A stretch of 20,000 nt of DNA from an uncultured virus (IMG/VR IMGVR_UViG_3300031951_000102) (taxonomy: Duplodnaviria > Heunggongvirae > Uroviricota > Caudoviricetes). Under the pieces are notes generated by a model that ran no database searches, was not told the origin of the DNA, and was given only the letters and a program-made list of their open reading frames with translations. Of this stretch, positions 1-9,361 are shown one piece after another (positions within the stretch are counted from its first letter, which is position 1; every line of letters starts with the position of its first letter). The DNA lies in IMG/VR virus record IMGVR_UViG_3300031951_000102. One strand, given 5' to 3'. The translations under genes were made by a program, and so were the position numbers.

Positions 1-1733
1 TCATCTAATAATCTCAAAAAAGCTTCACCACTAGCAAAAATAACCGCTAAAACATTTCTAATATTAGGAACAAATCCAATACCTTTACTTTTATCTTGTA
101 ATAATTCAGAAAGAGCAAAAGTTAATTCTTTTTGTATTTCTTCTTTGTAAGACTGAGCTAATTTGGAAATATTATTAGTTTTTTCAATAAAAGATTTAGT
201 TCCTTCAAAATAATAATATGTAAATTGCGGTATTTTATTTCCTTCTGAAGTTTTTATATTTCCAGTATTAAAATTATTAGTATCATCTAATTGACTTTGT
301 AGATTAACAGTATCCGCAGAATTTGGTTGTTTTCCACCGTTTCTTTGTATATAAGTTTCAGTTAAATCAACATCATTAGATTTTAAATCTATCACAAATG
401 TATCAAGGTCAATATCAACAGTAATTTGTGAAGATTTTGGAGATTTATTATTAATAACATAACTTCCGTTTTGTCCTAATGTAATATTACCATTTAATAA
501 ACCTTTTTTGTCATCACCATATTTACTTATTAACTCTTTAAGTTCACTTAACGCATCTTGTTTTTGTTGTTCTGTTTGAAATTGTTTTTTAAATGGATAG
601 ATTTTAATTTTTGAATTTTTTAAAACGTAAAAATTTTCAACATCCATGTACTTATCAAACCAAGATTTACCGTTTTGATAATAATAAACTTCTTTTTGAT
701 ATTCTTGTAAATTTTTAACATAACTCTCACAATTAGTCAATGGGTCTAAATTTTCTTTAGTTAAAGAATCTGTAATATTTTTAACAAAATTTTCTAATCT
801 ATTTCTTAACTGAGGAACAGTAATTTCAGGAAAATCTTCAGGAATTAATCCTTTAGATTTATATTCACTATAAAGTTCTTTTACTTTTTCATAACCTCTT
901 TCAACTACACTATTATCAACTTTTTTAAACTGTGATGGACCTTCACTTTTAGGTTCAATTCTTAACGTTGATTTATACATGTGTGGAGCGGCTAAAAGTC
1001 CAGCTAAACTTATCTCAGTTAATATTGTATATTTGTATGTGTAAAATTTTAATCTAATTGTAAAGTTACCAGTTAAACTATTAAAATCAGAAGTAAAACT
1101 TTGTAACATTAACGGTAATCTTAACGCTTTACCATAATATCCTTTAATTGTTAAATTAAACAAAGGGTATGGGAGATTGAAAAAACACCCGTATGGTGAG
1201 CTATCACCACCTTCAAATAAAGCCTTTCCCTTAACGTCCTCTAAAGTAATATCAATTACAGGCATGAAAGACATGTCCGTATTAATCCCTATTTGTACGA
1301 TACCTAAAAGACCATTATCAACACTTTGTTCTTTACCTTCTGAATATGTTGACTGTCTATAGAAATAATCATCATTTTTAGATGGGTTTTTTATACTTTC
1401 GACTTTAGGTTGATTAACACCTAATCCCTTTAAAGAATTTAAACCTGTTATTTCATTAGTATAAGAATTATCTAAAAAAGTTTTACCACCAGGTTTTAAA
1501 AAGTTAACTTTTGCAATTGAAATTGTTTGAATATCACTATTGTTACCTGCACCGACAGCTAATTTAGTTCTAGGTAAAATATCACACTCAAGATTTGCGT
1601 ACATAACCAAATCTTCCACTTTAACATGTCTTTCTTTTACTTTACCGTCAATGTCAACGATTTTGTTTGGGTCAACTACTATAATATTATTATAATCATA
1701 ATCGACAAAAATATTTTCAGAGTTACCTACCAT
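1..1733 (-). CDS. Large baseplate hub-like structural protein (gp27/P2-D position), N-terminal 577 codons only; runs off the left edge
   Basis: Not in the ORF track. ATG at 1733-1731 overlaps the last 11 nt of the upstream gene. It reads MVGNSENIFVDYDYNNIIVVDPNK...IDITLEDVKGKALFEGGDSSPYGCFFNLPYPLFNLTIKGYYGKAL... and the same frame gives GFVPNIRNVLAVIFASGEAFLRLLD at the window edge. Hub function is inferred from its position after the gp53/LysM-like gene and its beta-rich N-terminus. Confidence 0.6.
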   Translation of the reverse strand, partial: MVGNSENIFVDYDYNNIIVVDPNKIVDIDGKVKERHVKVEDLVMYANLECDILPRTKLAVGAGNNSDIQTISIAKVNFLKPGGKTFLDNSYTNEITGLNSLKGLGVNQPKVESIKNPSKNDDYFYRQSTYSEGKEQSVDNGLLGIVQIGINTDMSFMPVIDITLEDVKGKALFEGGDSSPYGCFFNLPYPLFNLTIKGYYGKALRLPLMLQSFTSDFNSLTGNFTIRLKFYTYKYTILTEISLAGLLAAPHMYKSTLRIEPKSEGPSQFKKVDNSVVERGYEKVKELYSEYKSKGLIPEDFPEITVPQLRNRLENFVKNITDSLTKENLDPLTNCESYVKNLQEYQKEVYYYQNGKSWFDKYMDVENFYVLKNSKIKIYPFKKQFQTEQQKQDALSELKELISKYGDDKKGLLNGNITLGQNGSYVINNKSPKSSQITVDIDLDTFVIDLKSNDVDLTETYIQRNGGKQPNSADTVNLQSQLDDTNNFNTGNIKTSEGNKIPQFTYYYFEGTKSFIEKTNNISKLAQSYKEEIQKELTFALSELLQDKSKGIGFVPNIRNVLAVIFASGEAFLRLLD

Positions 1734-2046
1734 AATAAAAGAAGTGATTATCTAATGCTGATTTATAATCTTGTAAAGAAGTTATTAAAGGAAATGGAAT
1801 AGTCAATATCGCACCATCAGGTATATTCCATTCTTGTCCACCAAAATTAGGATTTGCCATCATAATTAACCATCCAAATGTCGGTGAATTATAATATTGT
1901 TGCGAAACTTTATCTAATCTGGATTGATTAACTTTATATATAAATCTTTTATCGGTAGTTTTTGATGGTAAAGTAATATATGGTACAACAGTTTGTTTAC
2001 CATCAATTGAAAAATTGTTATATCTATTATAATACTGAAATGCCAT
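1723..2046 (-). CDS. Baseplate wedge protein, T4 gp53 / P2 gpX LysM-like
   Basis: 107 aa. RLDKVSQQYYNSPTFGWLIMMANP...IPDGAILTIP matches the R-x-D-x-(I/V)-(A/S)...YY...W-x-I...N...G..L.IP pattern of gp53/tail X LysM-like proteins. Position between the tube-initiator and hub genes is canonical. Confidence 0.8.
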   Translation of the reverse strand: MAFQYYNRYNNFSIDGKQTVVPYITLPSKTTDKRFIYKVNQSRLDKVSQQYYNSPTFGWLIMMANPNFGGQEWNIPDGAILTIPFPLITSLQDYKSALDNHFFYYGR

Positions 2047-2048
2047 AA

Positions 2049-5000
2049 TTAATTATTAAATTTTACTTTTCCTAAATAAGTTGATGTGTCATTATTTGTA
2101 TTCTCAGATTTATAAAGATTTTGTATTTCCGTCTTTTGTTGTTCCGTTCCTCCAACAGTGGTATATGAGAATTTTCGAGTTTTTCCAGCCGGAAACATTT
2201 TAACATCTAAACCATCTTTATATTCAATATAATCATTATCTCCCTTAAAGTCTTTAAATAAATCATCACCCTTTTCAACTTCTTTTTTATAATCTCTAGC
2301 TAAATCGTTAGTTATATTTTTAAATTTATTTTGTAAATTATATGGTTCATCAACACTTGTTAATGTGTCACTTATAATTGACGAAATAAAATTTTCTTTA
2401 GTATTTGAGTTACTTAATATTCTTCCTATAATCATATAGAATGATTTATACGTAATATCATCAGTAAAATAATCACCTAACAAAAATATGTCACCAACAC
2501 TTGGGTAATCATTTGTTATTATATTTTGGTTAACACAAAAATCATAAAATTCATCAATTGTTTGTCCAAAATCAAAATAATCAGAATAAAATTCTTCATA
2601 CGTATTTGACACTTGAGATGAACTTTGACTCACATTATCACCATCTAAACCTGATAATGTATAAACATTAGCCGTTCCAACCGAATTAATTTTACCATCA
2701 GTCAGATTATCAATAATATTTAGTTTTTGAATAAATCTTACAAATGTTTGTTGGAAACTAGACATATCCTGAATAATTAAAGTTAAATCATTATTCATAA
2801 CATTTTGAAGTTCTTTAACATAATTCACCATGTTTATTCTTACTTGTCTTAAATCACTTTCAAAAAAGTTAAAATCATTAACTAACTTATCCATAATTGG
2901 ATTTGTATCATTTTCAATATCTTCAATTACTTTATCAAATAAATTTTTAACCGATTGTTCAATTTGATATGGTACACCATATATTCTACAAGGTACTGAA
3001 TCACCATTAGATTTTACATCACCATTAATATAATATCTGTCTTGATTAATCATTTGAACAATTCCGTAATTGTATTTATCATTAATTTCTTGGAGTTTAT
3101 TTGGTATTGTTTCAAAATATGATTTAGAAGACAATAATAAATTATCCATAATTTTTTGATAAGAAGTTTCACCAGACGAACCACCTTCAATAGGTACTGT
3201 TGTTATAATTTCACCAATAATTGACCCACCTTCATTTTGTTGTTGTGGTGAAAATCCAGTATTTGATATATTAGTTGTTATTTCAGGTGTAAGTCCTAAA
3301 AGTTGAGCCAATTCTTTATCTATAGCAGTAGTATCTTCAGTTGATGTTGCTCTTTCATCGTAAATTTCAGTGTTAGCATAATAGTTGAAAGATAATGCAT
3401 TTTGAAGTTCTTCAACGGGTTTTGCTATACCCATTCCCCCAATAATATCAAAACTAAGTGTAACCTTAGCAATCATTGGTTGAATTCCTATACCTTCAGG
3501 ATTTAAATCAAAATTTTCATACTGAAATTGTAAGTTTTTAGGAATAATTTTTGTGTTAAAAAAGTCCCCAATTCTTAAAACTAATACAGGTGGAGCCCCA
3601 AATGATGTATTAATAGAGTCATTAATTCTTGGTTTTCCATCCGAACCTATTATTGGTATTGTCTCACCCGGTCTTAAACACTGATTTAAAAAAGTCAGTC
3701 TTGAGTTAAGACCTTCAGGTGTCATTGAGTGAAAAGCAGGATTAAAGTATCTTATTTTTTCTCTTATTGAATCATAAACAAATGGAACATTTTCTTTTAT
3801 TACTTCAAAATAATCACATTCAGTTAAAAGATTTCTCAAAATTCTTTTCCCTAAATTTTCTTTTAATTTTTGTACAATTGTTTTAGTTGATTTAGGAGTA
3901 GGTGTTTTAAGTGGAATTTTTATTGTTGTAATTTCAGGAACATCTGGGTTAGGAATAGTTTCTTGTTCAATTAATTCTATTGTAGGGGTAGGTGTTTGAA
4001 TAAGACTTTCAATATTAATTTTTGAAATTTTTACTCTTCTACAAGCCATCGCATCAACTGCATATATTTGTGAATTACTTGTAACACCATCACTACCACT
4101 TATATCTGTATTACAATTCACTTCTCTACCTGTTGACCCATCAGCCATCTTTGGTATAGCAATCGTCTCAATTTCTCCTTTAGCCGCTTTATTTACTATT
4201 TTAAATGAACCATCTTCAAAAAATGGTAATAACTTTCCATTATCAAATGTTTTAAAGAATTTTTCTACGGAGTCGATTCTTCTTACAGACAAATTTTTAT
4301 TATAATTAACAGTTGCGGTCGCTGAGGCTGAACCAACCATTTCTATTGAAATTTTTGCTAATCCGTTACTTAAAATTTCGTAAGCTTCATCTATGAAATT
4401 TTTATCATCTGATGATGCCTTTTTATATGATGGAATTATTACTGTATTATAAAAATCATTAATTTGTTTTTGATTTTCACAAAACTCAACATTATTTTTA
4501 CAAAATCCTTCATTTATATTAAAAGTATTATTTGATGTTATAATAGACGAATCAATAAAATTTTGATTAGTATATGAATCATAGGTATCTTGATACGATA
4601 CCGAACTTATTACTTTGTTTGTGTTAGGGTCAGGAATATCATTAAAAAAATAAAACCCTAAATCTTCATACGTAGTCTTAAAACTATCTATTAAAGAACT
4701 ATTATTAACTCCTCCGCCTGACTCAGTACCAAGATTAGGAATTGGTTCAGTTCCGGAACCGGCACTACCATCTGTATTTGGTTCTGCAGGTATTTCCAAA
4801 ACTATCTCTTCGTATTCTTCTTTTGTTAAGTTTGGTTTATTTAAAATTTCTTGATAAGTGTATAAATCACTAGTTGGGATAGTGTTATATTTTTTAGCTA
4901 ATTCATAGATATCAAATTTAACACATCCAGCAAAAAAAGAATCCAAAATAGAATTTATTTTTTCACTACTTTTACCTTTTAATTGTTGTTCAACAATAAC

Positions 5001-7124
5001 ATTTAGTACTGACGGACTATCCACAATTATTTTCCAACTCAAATTACCTGTTCTATTTGTATCCTTATAAGTGTAAATTGGTTCAGGTCTACCTAAAAAT
5101 GATGTTGGTTGCCAGTTAGCAGTAGATGAATCACTATATGTAAGTTCATAAGGTGGAAACCACATTACTCTACCACCATTAGGTCCTTTTTCACATGTCG
5201 GTAAATCATCATAAGTATATCCAGGTCTACTTGATGTTCTCCAAGCTAAGTTTTCTAATGAAAACATATATTTTTTAGCATAACCTCCTGTACCTGTTTT
5301 TGCATCATCTGCAATTATATTAGTCGAACCAGGATTTTTTGTTGGACTTATATTTAAATTAAATGTACTATCTAATACTGAATGTGAGAATCTTCTACCC
5401 TGAGTTGTAATACCATCAACTTTTTGTAAATCACGATAAACTAAATATGGGGTATCTTTAGTGAAAATTCTACAATACTCAATACCATTCTCATCACCAG
5501 TTGTATTATCTACATATGATAAAACTTTAGAACCTTTTGTAATTTCTTTATAACCGTCATTAAAAACTTTACTAACTTGATTAATAGCATTTCCAACATG
5601 TTTAAGTCTACTAGTACCTTGAACATTATCTGCAGATTCTACTAATCTTTGGGTATTATCTAAAATAGAATTACCTTTAAAAGTTAAATTAGTTGATTGA
5701 CCTCTTGTATAGTTTGAAGATACTAAATTAAAATCTTCATCAATTGAACCAATTGCACCTCCAGGTCCAACATGATATCCCGCATTATCTTGGAATTTAG
5801 GTGAAACCCACGTAAATCCACCATCTAATGAACCTCCGTTTGAATATGGGACTTGGGTAAATGTAAAATTTAAATTTTCTTGATTTCCTTCAAATAAAAT
5901 ACCTAATTCTGACGGTCCGTAAACAGGTGATTTAACTTGTTGTCCAAAAACATTGACAGGTACTTGGTTTGGCGGTGATGTTATTGATGATGGTTCAGAT
6001 GTTTTATTACCAACATAATAACCACCTATCAAAGTTCCATTATCAGGATTAATTATTTCAATGGCTAAATTTACTATACCAGAAGCGATACCTAAAATAC
6101 CTCCAAAATTTCTATCATAAGGTGGTTGATACCTATTGTAATCAATATTACTAAAAAGTACTGACCTTTGTCCATTACCCGTATTTGCTAAAAATATCTC
6201 AGATGGATTTCTATTAATATTAAGAATCGGTCCTAAAAATCCACCTGTTAATTGATTAATAGTATTTAACGCTAAAGATGTTTGTTGGTTTTGAACACCA
6301 CTATTCTCATCAAAATAATCACCAGGAATAGGTGAAACAGGCCAATAAGCCGATGATAATCGAGTAATTAAATCTACAGTTCTAAGAATAGGGTTTTCAG
6401 GTACTGTAATTCTCCAATTTCTATAAACCAAAGGTTGTTGACCAGTTACTAATAAACTAATTTCAAATGGGTCTTGTAAAGATTCTAAATTTACTTGACC
6501 AACAGTATTTTGAAAAATTTCCGCCCCAATTCTTTGTCCAAATGCAAATCTTAAAGATTCCGCACCAATACGAGCAATAAAAGAATCTTGTGATAAAGGT
6601 CCGTTGTTACCATCAGGATTTTCTGAGGTTAAAATTTCATATGGAGTGTAATTTGACGGTAAAAAACTAGGTGGTTGCCAATACGGAGAATATATTTTAT
6701 TATTAACCTGAACAGTATCCAAAAAAAACATATCTTGGAAACCTCCATTAGGACCATATTTATTTTCAATATATTGAGCATCAATATTGAATTCATTAAT
6801 TAAATCTAAAGCGGTCTGATTTGGGTTATAAGGTCCTTGATTTGAATTAACAGGTAATGGAGGTCCATTATAAGTAATTGTTGTATCAAACCCACCTTCA
6901 GGTCCAAATTCATTCAAAGGATATAATTGATTTGCAAATGGGTCATCCGCAATCAAATTATTTGGGGAATCAATAACAGATGAATCTGTTAATGTTATTT
7001 CGTAAGATATATTATTTACAGGTGGTGTCCAAACTCCCTCTACGTTATAAGGAGCTAAGTTCCTGGCTAACAGTGAATTCCTAAAAGATGAGGTTGATGC
7101 GAATGATAAACTACTTTCGGACAT
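2049..7124 (-). CDS. Large baseplate/tail-tube-initiator protein (gp48/gp54/P2 gpU-like fold) with an internal OmpA-like domain
   Basis: 1691 aa, directly after the tape measure gene. Tube-initiator-like segments: WFPPYELTYSDSSTANWQPTSFLGRPEPIYTYKDTNRTGNLSWKIIVD and APPVLVLRIGDFFNTKIIPKNLQFQY...QPMIAKVTLSFDIIG. OmpA-like motifs: ISIEMVGSAS, YNKNLSVRRIDSV, CRRVKI. Confidence 0.7.
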   Translation of the reverse strand: MSESSLSFASTSSFRNSLLARNLAPYNVEGVWTPPVNNISYEITLTDSSVIDSPNNLIADDPFANQLYPLNEFGPEGGFDTTITYNGPPLPVNSNQGPYNPNQTALDLINEFNIDAQYIENKYGPNGGFQDMFFLDTVQVNNKIYSPYWQPPSFLPSNYTPYEILTSENPDGNNGPLSQDSFIARIGAESLRFAFGQRIGAEIFQNTVGQVNLESLQDPFEISLLVTGQQPLVYRNWRITVPENPILRTVDLITRLSSAYWPVSPIPGDYFDENSGVQNQQTSLALNTINQLTGGFLGPILNINRNPSEIFLANTGNGQRSVLFSNIDYNRYQPPYDRNFGGILGIASGIVNLAIEIINPDNGTLIGGYYVGNKTSEPSSITSPPNQVPVNVFGQQVKSPVYGPSELGILFEGNQENLNFTFTQVPYSNGGSLDGGFTWVSPKFQDNAGYHVGPGGAIGSIDEDFNLVSSNYTRGQSTNLTFKGNSILDNTQRLVESADNVQGTSRLKHVGNAINQVSKVFNDGYKEITKGSKVLSYVDNTTGDENGIEYCRIFTKDTPYLVYRDLQKVDGITTQGRRFSHSVLDSTFNLNISPTKNPGSTNIIADDAKTGTGGYAKKYMFSLENLAWRTSSRPGYTYDDLPTCEKGPNGGRVMWFPPYELTYSDSSTANWQPTSFLGRPEPIYTYKDTNRTGNLSWKIIVDSPSVLNVIVEQQLKGKSSEKINSILDSFFAGCVKFDIYELAKKYNTIPTSDLYTYQEILNKPNLTKEEYEEIVLEIPAEPNTDGSAGSGTEPIPNLGTESGGGVNNSSLIDSFKTTYEDLGFYFFNDIPDPNTNKVISSVSYQDTYDSYTNQNFIDSSIITSNNTFNINEGFCKNNVEFCENQKQINDFYNTVIIPSYKKASSDDKNFIDEAYEILSNGLAKISIEMVGSASATATVNYNKNLSVRRIDSVEKFFKTFDNGKLLPFFEDGSFKIVNKAAKGEIETIAIPKMADGSTGREVNCNTDISGSDGVTSNSQIYAVDAMACRRVKISKINIESLIQTPTPTIELIEQETIPNPDVPEITTIKIPLKTPTPKSTKTIVQKLKENLGKRILRNLLTECDYFEVIKENVPFVYDSIREKIRYFNPAFHSMTPEGLNSRLTFLNQCLRPGETIPIIGSDGKPRINDSINTSFGAPPVLVLRIGDFFNTKIIPKNLQFQYENFDLNPEGIGIQPMIAKVTLSFDIIGGMGIAKPVEELQNALSFNYYANTEIYDERATSTEDTTAIDKELAQLLGLTPEITTNISNTGFSPQQQNEGGSIIGEIITTVPIEGGSSGETSYQKIMDNLLLSSKSYFETIPNKLQEINDKYNYGIVQMINQDRYYINGDVKSNGDSVPCRIYGVPYQIEQSVKNLFDKVIEDIENDTNPIMDKLVNDFNFFESDLRQVRINMVNYVKELQNVMNNDLTLIIQDMSSFQQTFVRFIQKLNIIDNLTDGKINSVGTANVYTLSGLDGDNVSQSSSQVSNTYEEFYSDYFDFGQTIDEFYDFCVNQNIITNDYPSVGDIFLLGDYFTDDITYKSFYMIIGRILSNSNTKENFISSIISDTLTSVDEPYNLQNKFKNITNDLARDYKKEVEKGDDLFKDFKGDNDYIEYKDGLDVKMFPAGKTRKFSYTTVGGTEQQKTEIQNLYKSENTNNDTSTYLGKVKFNN

Positions 7125-7138
7125 ATTTACGTTTTAAT

Positions 7139-7145
7139 ATAAATA
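7139..7145 (-). promoter_or_regulatory. TATTTAT upstream element (candidate late promoter), representative copy
   Basis: Sense-strand TATTTAT lies 14 nt upstream of ATG 7124. The same heptamer occurs at 9155-9161, 10833-10839, 15389-15395 and 17197-17203 (minus) and at 15433-15439 and 19028-19034 (plus), each 4-35 nt before a start codon. Confidence 0.5.
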
Positions 7146-7154
7146 CTGATAATA

Positions 7155-9143
7155 TTATTTTTTCTTATTACGTGTTGTTTGAAAATTTGTATTTGGTGAA
7201 GGTAATCTTCCGCCAGGACTTAATAAACCATTTGCAGTAAGAACTCCTTCAATACTTTTAGTTATTTCTTGTACGAATAAAGAGTCATTAAACTGTGTCT
7301 CATTCATTCCATTTGGAGCTGAAATATTTAAATTAATCGTATGTATTTGTTCTGATGTTGAATTTTTATTAGTTTCTATTGTGTTTTCCCCTAATCTTGT
7401 GCCTCCAGCAACAAGAAAATCTTCATCATAAGTTTGTAAAATAAAATCTTTCGGTTTTACAGTAATAGTTTCATTTTTACTTTCTACTGTTTGATTATCT
7501 GTTAAATTTTTAGATTCTTCTATTAATTTTTCATATCCAGGAACTTTTTGTAAAGATTGTCCTACTAATTTAACTAAACCGTTTGAACTTTCTGTTAAAT
7601 TTGATAAACTTGTCGCGGCATTATCTATAGATGTTAAAAAAGTTTCCGCTCCTTTTCCAGAAATTTTAGTTATAACTTTACCCATAGCATCTCCTAGGTC
7701 CGAAAGACCTCCATCACCTGATGCTATTTTATTAATAGCGGTACTTAAATCAGACGCTGATTCATCAAACATCACCCTCAATTGTTTAGTACTTGCAACA
7801 GTTTCTGTAGGTATAATTTCAGCCATACCTTTTATAAAATTTTTACCAACACTTAACAAATCTGTAGAAATAGTTGAACCAGCAAGTGCCAATGGTATAA
7901 TATTAGTTACACGGTTTAAAGAGGCATTTATACTACCTAAAGTATCCAATTGTTTTTCAGCAAACTCCTCCATTGTTTTAGGTCTTTCTTTTTCTTTTTG
8001 TGCTAAAAAACTTAATTGTTCTTGATTTAAGTTATCTACCGCTTCAGTTACTGTTTTACCGTCTTTATCAGTAAATGTTATATTATATGTTCCATCTTTT
8101 CCTTTTTCAGCTAAATTAGCAATTAATTTTCTGTCATCATCATTTGCAAAATCACTCGGGAATTTAATTCTTTGTAATTTATCATCTAATTCAACACTAG
8201 CTAAAGCCATTTTAGTTAATGTTTCATATGGTATTGAGGTTGCTTCTGAAATCTCTCTTAATTGACGTTTAGCTCCTTTTGCAATTTCAAAATTACCCGC
8301 TTCATTAAGTTTGACAAATGATTTTGTCATTTCTACAACTTGATTAGTTAATTCAGCAGGGTCATTTTGAGATAAATCTAAGAGTGTCAGTGGGTCTAAT
8401 AAACTACTTTGAGTTACCCCTAATCTTTGTAGAGCCGCCGCCATATTTATGGCCCCCTCAGGGTTAAATACTTTTTCCGCGAAGCTAAACATATCCTTCA
8501 TATTAACTCTCATTGAAACTGTTTGAGCGGCCATTTCAGCCAAACCGTCAATTCCTCCTTCAAAGTTATATTTATTTAATGACTCAAGATTTGCAACAAC
8601 AACAGATGAAACCGCTTGGGCGTTTACTCCTAAACTTTTTGCCTTATCCATTACCCCCAACATTTGGTCTCCTACTTGACCCATAGAAATACCTATGTTT
8701 TTAAAATTATCAGATAACGTTTGAGCATTTACACCAGTTACTTTTTGTGTCGCAATAAAATCTGATATAATATCAGAACTTACAATTACATTCCTACCTA
8801 ATGTTTGCATTAACGTAGTTTGAGTATCAGTAATATCTTTCCAACTACCACCAATTTTAGCAACTGAAACATAAGCATCAGTTAAACTTGATTTAATAGC
8901 ATTTAATCTAAAATCACTTTCACCAAAACTTTTAGCAATTGAATAACTTGTTTTATCCAAATCATACATTGCTTCCTGAATCCTATCAGGATTAAAATTT
9001 GTCTCTAACCTTTGTGCAAATTTTGTCAACGCATCTGTTATAGATGTCGCGTCCTCAGATTTTTGAGCGGTTAATCCTTTTATCTTTTTATCAAGGTCCT
9101 CATAAAGAGATTTATAATTTAATTCGTCACCGTTACTAAACAT
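7155..9143 (-). CDS. Tape measure protein
   Basis: 662 aa with Ala/Leu/Ser/Gln/Met-rich helical composition (e.g. GLAEMAAQTVSMRVNMKDMFSFAEKVFNPEGAINMAAALQRLG). Lies immediately downstream of the tube and chaperone genes, the canonical tape measure position. Confidence 0.75.
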   Translation of the reverse strand: MFSNGDELNYKSLYEDLDKKIKGLTAQKSEDATSITDALTKFAQRLETNFNPDRIQEAMYDLDKTSYSIAKSFGESDFRLNAIKSSLTDAYVSVAKIGGSWKDITDTQTTLMQTLGRNVIVSSDIISDFIATQKVTGVNAQTLSDNFKNIGISMGQVGDQMLGVMDKAKSLGVNAQAVSSVVVANLESLNKYNFEGGIDGLAEMAAQTVSMRVNMKDMFSFAEKVFNPEGAINMAAALQRLGVTQSSLLDPLTLLDLSQNDPAELTNQVVEMTKSFVKLNEAGNFEIAKGAKRQLREISEATSIPYETLTKMALASVELDDKLQRIKFPSDFANDDDRKLIANLAEKGKDGTYNITFTDKDGKTVTEAVDNLNQEQLSFLAQKEKERPKTMEEFAEKQLDTLGSINASLNRVTNIIPLALAGSTISTDLLSVGKNFIKGMAEIIPTETVASTKQLRVMFDESASDLSTAINKIASGDGGLSDLGDAMGKVITKISGKGAETFLTSIDNAATSLSNLTESSNGLVKLVGQSLQKVPGYEKLIEESKNLTDNQTVESKNETITVKPKDFILQTYDEDFLVAGGTRLGENTIETNKNSTSEQIHTINLNISAPNGMNETQFNDSLFVQEITKSIEGVLTANGLLSPGGRLPSPNTNFQTTRNKKK

Positions 9144-9163
9144 TTTTTTTACTTATAAATATC

Positions 9164-9361
9164 TTATCCATCACTTTTTGGAGTATTATGCTTTATGATT
9201 TGAGAAATAAGATATTCCCTTGAATAAGTCGGCATAGACATATAATCGGAATATGATGTACTTAAAAATTTAGACATTAGATAATATCCGTCTAATAAAT
9301 AAGTTCTGTGATTAGAAGAAAGGGCGAAAAAACTCAACCCCCAGATTGACATCGATGTCAA
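9164..9361 (-). CDS. Tail assembly chaperone C-terminal 'T' segment (T4 gp51 / lambda gpT-like), probably expressed by frameshift from the upstream gene or from ATG 9277
   Basis: Overlaps the end of the 251-aa gene in the +1 frame. YYLMSKFLSTSYSDYMSMPTYSREYLISQI resembles the S-x-x-(D/E)-x-x-x-MP-x-x-x-R-x-Y motif of small T/gp51-type segments. Sits between the chaperone and tape measure genes. The true start is uncertain. Confidence 0.65.
   Translation of the reverse strand: MTSMSIWGLSFFALSSNHRTYLLDGYYLMSKFLSTSYSDYMSMPTYSREYLISQIIKHNTPKSDG

Noticed and set aside
1177..1362. 61-aa plus-strand ORF
   Set aside because: Antisense shadow of the truncated hub-like gene (1-1733); no recognisable motif.
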